The notes beneath the pieces are model-generated. The model worked only from the letters and a program-made list of their open reading frames with translations. It searched no databases and was not told the DNA's origin. A program made the translations under genes and the position numbers. From Reclinomonas americana ATCC 50394 (taxonomy: Eukaryota), in contig PS015009.1 in NCBI GenBank assembly GCA_048213135.1, forward strand, positions 124,001-188,000: a DNA stretch of 64,000 bases. Direction: 5' to 3'. Below, piece by piece: positions 38,166-46,889 of the stretch (positions are counted from its first letter, which is position 1; each line of letters begins with the position of its first letter).

Positions 38166-40280
38166 CTACGATATTTTGCTCCATGCCGTTTTGTTTTTCT
38201 GCTCCTGCAGGAAATTTTTAACAGGCTGGTTTTCGGGGGCAGAAAGGTCGGGGTCTTTATCGAGGATATGGGATACTGCGTCTCTTGCCGCTTCCAGGAT
38301 CACTTTATCCTGAACAATATTGGCCAGCTTAAAGTTCAGTACGCCGCTCTGGCGGGTACCTTCAATGTCGCCCGGCCCCCTTAATTCCAGGTCCTTTTCG
38401 GCTATGGCGAAGCCGTCGTTGGTGGCCGTCATCACTTTCAGCCTTTCCCGGGCATCCTGCGACAGTTTGGGCCCGGTGAGGAGGATGCAGTAGCTTTTTT
38501 CTGCCCCGCGGCCTACCCTGCCCCGCAACTGGTGCATCTGGGAAAGACCGAACTTTTCAGCGCTTTCTATCACCATAACACTGGCATTGGGCACGTTCAC
38601 CCCTACTTCAATCACCGTGGTGCTCACCATCAGCTGGGTTTCGCCCTTAACGAACCGCTGCATATTGGTGTCTTTCTGCTCGGGTGTTTGCCTGCCGTGG
38701 ACCATACTGATCCAGTATTTGGGCTCGGGGAAAAAGGATTTCACTTCCTCGAAGCCTTTCATCAGGTTCTCGTAGTCCAGCGTGCTGCTTTCTTCAATGA
38801 GCGGGTATACCAGGTAGGCCTGGCGCCCTTTGGCAATTTCTTCCTTTACAAAATCCATTACCCGTGGCCGCATACTTTCCATACGGTGAATCGTATGTAC
38901 GGGTTGCCTGCCGGGCGGTAATTCGTCGATCACGCTGTAATCCAGGTCGCCATAGGCGGTAAGGGCCAGCGTCCGGGGGATTGGCGTAGCGGTCATTACG
39001 AGTATGTGCGGCGGTATGGCATTCTTTTTCCACAATTGCGCCCGCTGGGCCACTCCAAATTTGTGCTGCTCGTCAATAACCGCAAATCCCAGGTTCTTAA
39101 AATTCACTTTATCCTCTATCACGGCATGGGTGCCTACCAGTATATTCACCGTTCCGTCGGTACAGCCGGCCAGCACTTCCCGCCGCTCTTTGGTTTTAGA
39201 TGAGCCCGTAAGCAGTTTTACACAAACCGGCATTTCTTTTACCAGCGAACAAATACTGCCGAAATGCTGGCGGGCCAGAATCTCCGTGGGGGCCATCATC
39301 ACCGACTGGAAACCGTTATCGGCTGCCAGCAGCATGGCCATCAGGGCCACAATCGTTTTCCCGCTGCCCACATCCCCTTGTAAGAGGCGGTTCATCTGCC
39401 GCCCGCTGCCTGCATCCTGCCGTATCTCTTTCAACACCCGTTTTTGGGCGCCGGTCAGACTAAAAGGCAGGTACTGGTTATAAAAAGTATTGAAATGATC
39501 GCCCACTTTATCAAATACCAGGCCCCGGCTGAAGCGGTGACGGCTGCCCCGGATGAGCGCCATCCGCAACTGGGCAAAGAACAGTTCTTCAAACTTGATG
39601 CGGCGCAGGGCGTGGTGGTAATGCTTTTCCGATGCCGGGAAATGCACCTGGCGGTAAGCATCGAAACGGCTGATGAATTTGTATTGTTTGATGATATGCT
39701 CCGGCAGGTTCTCAGGCAGATCTTTTTCTGTGATCAGCTGCAGGAGAGAATAAGTGAGTTTGCTGATGGCCCTGCCGTTGAGCCCCCTGGCTTTCAGTTT
39801 TTCGGTGGTGGGGTACACCGGCTCGAGAAAGGCTTTACCGGCAGGTTGCTGAACCAGGGGTTCCAGTTCGGGATGAGACACCTGGGGTTTGTTCATGAAA
39901 AAACCCAGTTTGCCGAATACGAGGTACTGCCGTCCGGGTTCTATGGCTTTCTGCACCCAATTGATGCCCTGGAACCATACCAGTTCCATTTCACCGGTAT
40001 CGTCCTGCAACTGGGCTACCAGGCGGCGGCTTCTTTTTTCGCCGAGTACCTGTACAGAGGTAATGCGGCCCGCCACCTGCGCATATTCATTGCGGTAAGT
40101 GAGGGAGCCTATGCTGTCAATTCTTGTTTTGTCGATATGCCGCAGGGGAAAATGTTCCAGCAGGTCGCGGAAAGTGAATATCTGCAGTTCCTTACGCAAC
40201 AGGTCACCACGCTGGGTGCTCACCCCGTGAATATATTCGATGGGGTTCAATAAGGTATTGGTGCTGAAACCTGTTGCCAT
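38166..40280 (-). CDS. recG: ATP-dependent DNA helicase RecG
   Basis: QGDVGSGKT, DEQH, MTATPIPRT, QLRGRVGRG, DLELRGPG; start re-assigned to 40280 (alternative starts possible). Confidence 0.96.
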   Translation of the reverse strand: MATGFSTNTLLNPIEYIHGVSTQRGDLLRKELQIFTFRDLLEHFPLRHIDKTRIDSIGSLTYRNEYAQVAGRITSVQVLGEKRSRRLVAQLQDDTGEMELVWFQGINWVQKAIEPGRQYLVFGKLGFFMNKPQVSHPELEPLVQQPAGKAFLEPVYPTTEKLKARGLNGRAISKLTYSLLQLITEKDLPENLPEHIIKQYKFISRFDAYRQVHFPASEKHYHHALRRIKFEELFFAQLRMALIRGSRHRFSRGLVFDKVGDHFNTFYNQYLPFSLTGAQKRVLKEIRQDAGSGRQMNRLLQGDVGSGKTIVALMAMLLAADNGFQSVMMAPTEILARQHFGSICSLVKEMPVCVKLLTGSSKTKERREVLAGCTDGTVNILVGTHAVIEDKVNFKNLGFAVIDEQHKFGVAQRAQLWKKNAIPPHILVMTATPIPRTLALTAYGDLDYSVIDELPPGRQPVHTIHRMESMRPRVMDFVKEEIAKGRQAYLVYPLIEESSTLDYENLMKGFEEVKSFFPEPKYWISMVHGRQTPEQKDTNMQRFVKGETQLMVSTTVIEVGVNVPNASVMVIESAEKFGLSQMHQLRGRVGRGAEKSYCILLTGPKLSQDARERLKVMTATNDGFAIAEKDLELRGPGDIEGTRQSGVLNFKLANIVQDKVILEAARDAVSHILDKDPDLSAPENQPVKNFLQEQKNKTAWSKIS

Positions 40281-40340
40281 TGAAATACAAATATATTTTA
40301 TTGGTCTCTTTTTAAACGGGAGTATCTTACATCCTTTCAA

Positions 40341-41441
40341 ATGAATACCCCAACGCTCTACCGTTTCCATGCGCTTACAGGATTGAGGGCCCTCGCTGCC
40401 ATCATGGTATTTGTGTACCATAACCGGAAAGTATGGATAGGCTTTTTACCAGAGTATGTTATCCGGCTGTTAAATGAATTCCATACCGGCGTATCCGTTT
40501 TCTTCGTTTTGAGCGGCTTCCTGATCACTTACACTTATGGAGATGAGCCCGCCCGCAGCGGTAAAGCTTATCGGCAATATATTTTCGTTCGCATGGCCCG
40601 CATTTTCCCGATCTACCTGGTACTGCTTTCGATCAAATACATTGACCTTGGCTTCCCCGGTAGACTGGAAATGGGTTTAACCTATACGCTTACCCACGGG
40701 CTATTCAAGAACTACTCCCTTTCCGGCATACCGCAAGCCTGGTCGCTCACAACCGAACTTTGTTTTTATGTACTGGCGCCGTTTATCGTTATGATCGCTG
40801 TAAAAAATGTTTACAGGGCTTTACTCCTTCTGGCCGGTATGCTGACTGCCTGTTTATTGCTGGGCTGGGGGTTGCATGCGGCAGGACTTAATCCGCATAA
40901 TTTTTTATACAACCCGATGTTTGTTTGCAATACCGTTTTCTTCGGCCGGTTCGCAGAATTTTTTGCTGGCATACTATTGGCATTATTCATCCGCAACTCC
41001 ATGCGCTTACCGCGTTTCCTGCAATGGCGTCACCAGACGTTATTGGGCGGGCTGGGTATGATTGTCATACTGGGGCTTATTCTTCTTTTCCAGGAAAATA
41101 TGTGGACACACGGTATCGACAACTGGGGTGGCCTGCTGGTCCGTAACCTGTTGTTCCCGGTAGCAACAATGGTTTTTATTCATGGCCTCATCAAAGAAAA
41201 AACCTGGGTACAGTGGTTGCTGGGGAATAAGGTGGCCGTGTTACTGGGCAATGCGTCCTTCATCTTTTACCTCGTGCACATCAACTATGTCAATAATGTT
41301 ACCTGGAAATGGCATCATTTCCCCGACAGGAATTTTACCCTGCTCTGGCTCATAAGTATTGTTTTGTACTGGTTGATAGAAAAGCCGGTGTATCAATTCT
41401 TTAAAGGGGTCATTCGTAAACCCCGGCATACCAACGATTAG
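40341..41441 (+). CDS. Acyltransferase family 3 (OafA-like O-acyltransferase)
   Basis: LTGLRALA, GVSVFFVLSGFLI, R..RIFP, WSL..E..FY; multiple TM helices. Confidence 0.92.
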   Translation: MNTPTLYRFHALTGLRALAAIMVFVYHNRKVWIGFLPEYVIRLLNEFHTGVSVFFVLSGFLITYTYGDEPARSGKAYRQYIFVRMARIFPIYLVLLSIKYIDLGFPGRLEMGLTYTLTHGLFKNYSLSGIPQAWSLTTELCFYVLAPFIVMIAVKNVYRALLLLAGMLTACLLLGWGLHAAGLNPHNFLYNPMFVCNTVFFGRFAEFFAGILLALFIRNSMRLPRFLQWRHQTLLGGLGMIVILGLILLFQENMWTHGIDNWGGLLVRNLLFPVATMVFIHGLIKEKTWVQWLLGNKVAVLLGNASFIFYLVHINYVNNVTWKWHHFPDRNFTLLWLISIVLYWLIEKPVYQFFKGVIRKPRHTND

Positions 41442-42679
41442 TTGCTCTTGGGTCGTGGTTTGAAGTGCCTTTTACCGCCTCCGCCTTTACCGCGATTGCC
41501 TCCGCCACCCTGGCGGGATGATAACTGTGGGTTGAAAACAGGTGTTTCGCCCAGCTCAGCGGGCACTTCCGTCTTGGTTACGGTTTTCCCGATCAGTTTT
41601 TCAATAGCGGCGAATTTGCGCTGCTCTTTGGGGCTGATGAAGGTGTAAGCGGTACCATCGGCTTCTGCCCGGGCGGTACGGCCAATACGGTGTACATAAT
41701 CCTCCCCGTCGTGCGGTACATCATAATTGATCACCAGTTCTATATTGTCGATGTCGATGCCCCGGCTGAGGATATCCGTAGCGATGAGTACCGGCAACCG
41801 GCGGCTCTTGAACCGCATCAGCACTTCTTCCCGTTTGTCCTGTTCCAGGTCACTGTGGATCTCGTCCACATTCAGTCGGTTTCGTTTAAGCTCCCGCGTT
41901 AGTTGCTTTACGCTGAGTTTGCTGCTGCAGAAGATGAGTACCGATTTGAATTCTTTTTTATGCAGGAGGTGTTTAATAAGCGGAATTTTCTGTGTGTCGT
42001 ACACTACGAATGCTTCCTGTATGATCTTGTCGTTGGGCTTGCTGATGGCGATGTTGATCTCAACAGGCTGGTGCAATATTTTCCTGGCCATTTCCCTGAT
42101 CTTGAAAGGCATGGTGGCCGAGAGGAGTATGTTCTGTCTTTGTGGCGGCAGGCTGTTGATGATGAACATGATGTCGTCATAAAAACCCATGTCCAGCATA
42201 CGGTCGGCCTCATCTAATACGAGATACTTCAGTCCCTTCAGTTTTACATAACCCATTTTAATGTGGGCCATCATTTTACCGGGGGTGCAGATCACCACAT
42301 CGGCGCCCTGGCTCAGTGCTTTCTTTTCCTGTATAAAAGCATTGCCGTCGCCACCGCCGTATACCGCGATGGAACTTACAGAAGTGAAATAGGAAAGGCC
42401 CTCCATGTGCTGGGATATCTGTATGGCGAGTTCACGTGTGGGTACGATCACCAGCGCCAGGTTGGTATGGTCTTCTGCCGGATCGGTAATGATTTTGTTG
42501 ATCAGTGGCAGCAGGAAAGCGGCTGTTTTACCGGTGCCCGTCTGCGCAGAAGCGATCACGTCCCTTCCCTCCATAACGGCGGGTATCACTTCCGCCTGCA
42601 CCGGGGTGGCTGTTTCATAACCTGAAGCGTCGATACCCTCCATCAGCCTGTTGTCAAATCCGAAATCTGTAAAATTCAA
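41438..42679 (-). CDS. DEAD-box RNA helicase (RhlE-like)
   Basis: AQTGTGKT, PTRELA, DEAD, SAT, HRIGRTAR. Confidence 0.96.
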   Translation of the reverse strand: MNFTDFGFDNRLMEGIDASGYETATPVQAEVIPAVMEGRDVIASAQTGTGKTAAFLLPLINKIITDPAEDHTNLALVIVPTRELAIQISQHMEGLSYFTSVSSIAVYGGGDGNAFIQEKKALSQGADVVICTPGKMMAHIKMGYVKLKGLKYLVLDEADRMLDMGFYDDIMFIINSLPPQRQNILLSATMPFKIREMARKILHQPVEINIAISKPNDKIIQEAFVVYDTQKIPLIKHLLHKKEFKSVLIFCSSKLSVKQLTRELKRNRLNVDEIHSDLEQDKREEVLMRFKSRRLPVLIATDILSRGIDIDNIELVINYDVPHDGEDYVHRIGRTARAEADGTAYTFISPKEQRKFAAIEKLIGKTVTKTEVPAELGETPVFNPQLSSRQGGGGNRGKGGGGKRHFKPRPKSN

Positions 42680-42939
42680 AATTGCTGGTTTGTTTTGCCC
42701 GCGAAGATAGGTTATTTGTCAGACAGGCCAGCAGGAACAGGCTCCAGGGCGGCATACCTATTTGAATATCGCTACCGCAAAGGCACCAAGAGGCAAAACC
42801 CTGAACTCAGTTACCTGTTTTACAGCTTTCGCGGCTTTGTGGGAATTGGGCTCCCATTAACCAGGCATACTGCCGGTCACAAGTATCACATTTCCGGGAT
42901 GAGGAGCGATCAGCTATCTTTGTGCTTTATAACGATAAC

Positions 42940-43770
42940 ATGATCAGGGTCGGAGAATACAATACACTTAACGTAATACGCGAAACGCCTATCGGGGTTT
43001 ACCTCGATGACGGTGCCGAAGGAATACTGCTTCCCAACCGGTTTGTACCGGCGGGCACCAAAACAGGCGACAACCTCCGTGTATTTATTTACCACGATGG
43101 CGAGGAAAGGCTCATCGCCACCACACAGCAACCCAAAGGCGTGCTGGGCGATATTGTCAAACTCCGCGTAGTGAGCATCACCCCGCAGGGCGCCTTTATG
43201 GATAACGGGCTGATGAAAGACCTGTTTGTGCCGAAATCCAGGCAGCAGCGGGGCATGATACCCAACGGGGAATACCTCGTTAAGATATATCTCGACGAAC
43301 AAACGGGCAGGCTGGCCGCTACAGAAAAGATCGATGGGTTCCTCAGTAATGAGGAGCTGACGGTGAAGGAAAAAGATATGGTTGATCTCACGGTATACCG
43401 CCGAACGGATATTGGTTACGTGGTGATCATCAACAACACGCATACCGGTGTATTGCATCATAACGAGATCTACCGCAGTATTGGAACAGGTGACCGCTTC
43501 AAGGGTTTTATTAAAAAAATATATGCCGACAACCGCATTGATGTGGCCGCGGGCAAACCGGGTTACGACCGTGTTGAAGATGAATCAGGAAAAATACTCC
43601 GCCTGCTGCAGGAGAACAATGGCTTCCTCCCCTACCACGACAAAAGTGATCCCGAAGAAATTTACGCGTTCTTTTCCATGAGTAAGAAAACGTTCAAAAT
43701 GACAACCGGTAATTTATACAGGCAAAAGAAAATTGTGTTTGAAGAAGGCGGCATAAGACTTGTTGGATAA
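42940..43770 (+). CDS. CvfB/YitL-family S1 RNA-binding protein
   Basis: S1 repeats (GAFMD.GL.KDLFVP) and winged-helix end MSKKTFK...GNLY; start re-assigned to 42940. Confidence 0.9.
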   Translation: MIRVGEYNTLNVIRETPIGVYLDDGAEGILLPNRFVPAGTKTGDNLRVFIYHDGEERLIATTQQPKGVLGDIVKLRVVSITPQGAFMDNGLMKDLFVPKSRQQRGMIPNGEYLVKIYLDEQTGRLAATEKIDGFLSNEELTVKEKDMVDLTVYRRTDIGYVVIINNTHTGVLHHNEIYRSIGTGDRFKGFIKKIYADNRIDVAAGKPGYDRVEDESGKILRLLQENNGFLPYHDKSDPEEIYAFFSMSKKTFKMTTGNLYRQKKIVFEEGGIRLVG

Positions 43771-43799
43771 TAGTATCATCAGCAAAGCGCATAATAAAA

Positions 43800-43824
43800 C
43801 CGGGATCCCTGGCTGGAATCCCGG
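43800..43824. terminator. Hairpin between convergent genes
   Basis: CCGGGAT.CC...GGAATCCCGG. Confidence 0.55.
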
Positions 43825-43842
43825 CATAACATACATTTTATA

Positions 43843-44604
43843 CTAATAGCTGTAGGTATATACAGTTGTGTTGCCTCCAACTGCCTCATATCTTGTCTCT
43901 TTCACCGGGTAGCCATCGGCATCCATTTCAAATTTACTTTCTGCATCCCATTTTATAGTACCCATCGCATCTTTCGTCCTGTACCGCACCTGCCTGTTCC
44001 TGGGTGTCTTTCCGAATAAAGAATAAGATCGCCAGTAGCCGTGAGGATTGGGCATGGTATTAAAAGCATTATTGTCATAGGTATAATCGCCCCTGGTACT
44101 AAGAACACCATTATAATATATTTCCTGCGAAATATAATTACCTCCTGCTATCGTATACCGTACCTCAAAATCATTGCTATTTGATGGAGAGCCCACCTTC
44201 CTGATAATATATCCTTCGTCATTGTAAGTGAACCCGTAATTATAGGTAACAACCCCTGCACTGTTCTTAAAAACGATATTGGTTACATACCCTTTGGCGT
44301 TCAATACACACTCCTTGGTTAACCTGAAACTGTTATCAGCATTGTTTCTTTCCGTTACTACCAATGATGCATCAGATACGTAATCAAAAGTTGATGTAAT
44401 GTTGTCGTCACTTATGGATGCGATCCTTCCTTTTGCATCATAGGCGTAAATCTCTGTTTCAGGAGTTCCGCCGTTATATAAGGTTACCAACTGTGAAATG
44501 AACTTGGTAACCGCCGGTGCCGGGGTTAATGGAGCCGGAGTTGTTTCTTTTTTACAACCGGCCATTACTGCAAGAACAAAAAAAGTGAAGCATAATTTTT
44601 TCAT
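43843..44604 (-). CDS. Lipoprotein with YD-like beta-strand repeats (DUF4595-like)
   Basis: Lipobox MAGC followed by KKE; YAYDAKGR, YNDEGY and DADGYP repeats; start re-assigned to 44604. Confidence 0.75.
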   Translation of the reverse strand: MKKLCFTFFVLAVMAGCKKETTPAPLTPAPAVTKFISQLVTLYNGGTPETEIYAYDAKGRIASISDDNITSTFDYVSDASLVVTERNNADNSFRLTKECVLNAKGYVTNIVFKNSAGVVTYNYGFTYNDEGYIIRKVGSPSNSNDFEVRYTIAGGNYISQEIYYNGVLSTRGDYTYDNNAFNTMPNPHGYWRSYSLFGKTPRNRQVRYRTKDAMGTIKWDAESKFEMDADGYPVKETRYEAVGGNTTVYTYSY

Positions 44605-44684
44605 GATCTTTATTTTAAACTGTTTGTTTTTGATTACGATGTAAAAATGCAACCCGGCAACGGTCTGCTCAATTTTACTCCACC

Positions 44685-44733
44685 CAAATGCCAATAAGCT
44701 TATTTAAAATGCAGCTATCCTGTGGTTAAATGA
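44685..44733 (-). promoter_or_regulatory. Putative LytTR binding site (three repeats, 21-bp period)
   Basis: Coding strand TCATTTA / GCATTTT / GCATTTG at 44727, 44706 and 44685. Confidence 0.55.
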
Positions 44734-44779
44734 AATGCAGGAAAACATGAAGACAGATGAAACAACAACGGAATAAAAT

Positions 44780-44804
44780 AAAAAAGCCACTCATAAAGAG
44801 TGGC
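44780..44804 (-). terminator. Intrinsic terminator
   Basis: GCCACTC-ATAAA-GAGTGGC with a U6 tail on the minus strand. Confidence 0.75.
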
Positions 44805-44827
44805 CCCGGTTATGATCATGGCAGTGA

Positions 44828-45349
44828 CTATACTTCTACTTTTATTTTTACAAGTAGTGCGTCGTTATCGGCCCTGGTTATATACATCACCCCTCTTTTA
44901 CCTGATGCTAACTGGAAAATGAGACAGGGGTAATTAATGATGCCGGCATGGTTGTTAGCAATAACTGCGTAAAAAGAAAAGGAATGATTGGTAATGTGAC
45001 CAGCCATTCTTTTCATATCTGCAACCGTTTCGCATTTGTTGAACAGGTCTTTATCCCAACTGATCGGAGCGATTCCGGTTTGAGTTCCCTGCAAATTTTC
45101 CGGCACAACAGAAGCCTTATTGCTCATGTTGTAAAATTCTTTGATCGTATCACGGCCATCCACCCTGAGCGAATATAAAAAGTCAAGGGCCTGCTTAACA
45201 CCCTGCGCATTTGCTTCTGTATACACTTGTTTATCCCCTATACTTACATAGCCCTGCACAGGCAGGGTAAGAGAAAAACTGGCGAGCTTTTGTGCTTTGA
45301 CTGTATACAAACAGGAGAAGACAAGCACGGAAAGGAATAATTTTTTCAT
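44828..45349 (-). CDS. Exported hypothetical protein
   Basis: Signal peptide MKKLFLSVL...VKA-Q; no family recognised. Confidence 0.75.
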   Translation of the reverse strand: MKKLFLSVLVFSCLYTVKAQKLASFSLTLPVQGYVSIGDKQVYTEANAQGVKQALDFLYSLRVDGRDTIKEFYNMSNKASVVPENLQGTQTGIAPISWDKDLFNKCETVADMKRMAGHITNHSFSFYAVIANNHAGIINYPCLIFQLASGKRGVMYITRADNDALLVKIKVEV

Positions 45350-45424
45350 GATCGTTTTTTTTGAAGTTAGTCGAATGCCTCAAAATTGTATACATACAAG
45401 TGCAACATCAATTTTTTTTTAAAC

Positions 45425-45473
45425 GAACTGCAGTCTTTACTATTTAAAATGTGCTTTATCCTGCCTGAATTGC
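45425..45473 (-). promoter_or_regulatory. Putative LytTR binding site (three repeats, 21-bp period)
   Basis: Coding strand GCAATTC / ACATTTT / GCAGTTC at 45467, 45446 and 45425. Confidence 0.6.
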
Positions 45474-45598
45474 GCTTCAATTTTTATCATCGCCGGCTGG
45501 CAAATGAGCTGTTGTAAGTTCGATATTTGTATACCTGAAAGTATACAGCCTCCCATCACGGTTAATACGTACAAGATGCGGCAAGCTATTCAGCAGTA

Positions 45599-46018
45599 TT
45601 ATGTTGCCGGTATTGAGGAGGCATTGATCATTGTTGCAGACAATGTAGCATAACATTCCATCCATGCACCTCTTGTTTCTGTTGTCCAATCCTTACCCAG
45701 CCCCTGCTGCAGGGTCCACAGCAAAGCGACACCCACCCTTTTATAATGCGCTGGTTTTACGCCATAGCTGTTATGACGCCGGGCCATATTAATGATCTCT
45801 TCATTCAATTCATCAAGACGGTCGAGTCTTCCTACGATGGTGTTCAGCATATGCACCAGTTTCCTGTATTGGTCATCCATATTTTCAGGAAACATATTGC
45901 GGAGCGAAGCTGTATCTGAAAATAATTTGCTGTAAAAAAGGTCGCCAACTACTGCGGGGTCGATCAGCCGGATCATCCGCCAGGATCTTTTGATCAAATG
46001 TATCTGTTCACTGGTCAT
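45599..46018 (-). CDS. Single-domain globin (flavohemoglobin-like globin domain)
   Basis: B10 Tyr (FY), CD1 Phe (MF), E7 Gln, proximal His in RRH..YGV...HY..VG.ALL. Confidence 0.9.
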   Translation of the reverse strand: MTSEQIHLIKRSWRMIRLIDPAVVGDLFYSKLFSDTASLRNMFPENMDDQYRKLVHMLNTIVGRLDRLDELNEEIINMARRHNSYGVKPAHYKRVGVALLWTLQQGLGKDWTTETRGAWMECYATLSATMINASSIPAT

Positions 46019-46075
46019 ACTTAATATTTAAGCGAAATTGATCCAAACTTTATGACTGTCCGAATATTTCCTTGC

Positions 46076-46103
46076 GAGCTGTTTAAAAACTAACCCGAAC
46101 TGC
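46076..46103 (-). promoter_or_regulatory. Putative LytTR binding site (two repeats, 21-bp period)
   Basis: Coding strand GCAGTTC / ACAGCTC at 46097 and 46076. Confidence 0.5.
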
Positions 46104-46108
46104 CGAAA

Positions 46109-46879
46109 TCAGCGATCCATCCATTTTTTAAACTCCGGGCTTTTGAGCCGACTCATATCAATTTCCAATTTCTGGTTAGGCTCTTTCAACTTTATGATCA
46201 GTTTTGAATTTTCTACCGGCTTAACGGTTTGTATCGCATCAATATTAATAATGAACTGGCGGTTGGCGCGGTAGAACTGTTTGGGATCAAGCAGTTCTTC
46301 CACTTCTTCTAATGTAACAAAATCGATCATGTACCGTTCACCGGTAAACAGGTAGATATAGTTGAGTATTTCTTTGCTGAAACAGGCAATATCTTTTGTA
46401 TTGACCGGCATCCATTGGTTGCGGATACTGACAATAAATTTCTCTTTGTATTTTGATCCGGCCGATGGATTTGCCAGTGACCTGATGAGTGCAGCCATAT
46501 CGGGTGGGGCTTCTGTTGTGGCGCCATTGATCTTCCTGCATTTATCGATGGCGGTCGCCAGCTCGGCTTCCTTTACAGGTTTGAGCAAATAATCAACACC
46601 ATTCACTTTAAATGCCCTGATCGCATATTCATCATATGCAGTAATAAAAATCACAGGACATTTCAATTCAAAATCATTGAAGAGATCGAAACTAACACCG
46701 TCACTCAACTGTATATCCATAAATAGTAAATCCGGTTCTGCATTTTCTGCGAACCATCGTCTTGCAGTTTTAAGGCTGGGCAACATGGTCTGTATATCTA
46801 CATCTACAGCCACTTTAGCGATCTTATTTTTCAATGCATTGGCGATGATCTCTTCATCTTCGATAATTATTGCTTTCAT
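46109..46879 (-). CDS. LytTR-family response regulator
   Basis: REC domain (IIEDE, FMDIQL, TAYDEYA, DYLLKP) plus LytTR domain (FYRANRQFIIN). Confidence 0.95.
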   Translation of the reverse strand: MKAIIIEDEEIIANALKNKIAKVAVDVDIQTMLPSLKTARRWFAENAEPDLLFMDIQLSDGVSFDLFNDFELKCPVIFITAYDEYAIRAFKVNGVDYLLKPVKEAELATAIDKCRKINGATTEAPPDMAALIRSLANPSAGSKYKEKFIVSIRNQWMPVNTKDIACFSKEILNYIYLFTGERYMIDFVTLEEVEELLDPKQFYRANRQFIINIDAIQTVKPVENSKLIIKLKEPNQKLEIDMSRLKSPEFKKWMDR

Positions 46880-46889
46880 ATTCGGTTGT

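Noticed and set aside
40281-40421. Upstream extension of recG overlapping the acyltransferase gene
   Set aside because: It crosses the divergent promoter region; a TATATTTG box at 40295-40288 supports a later start.
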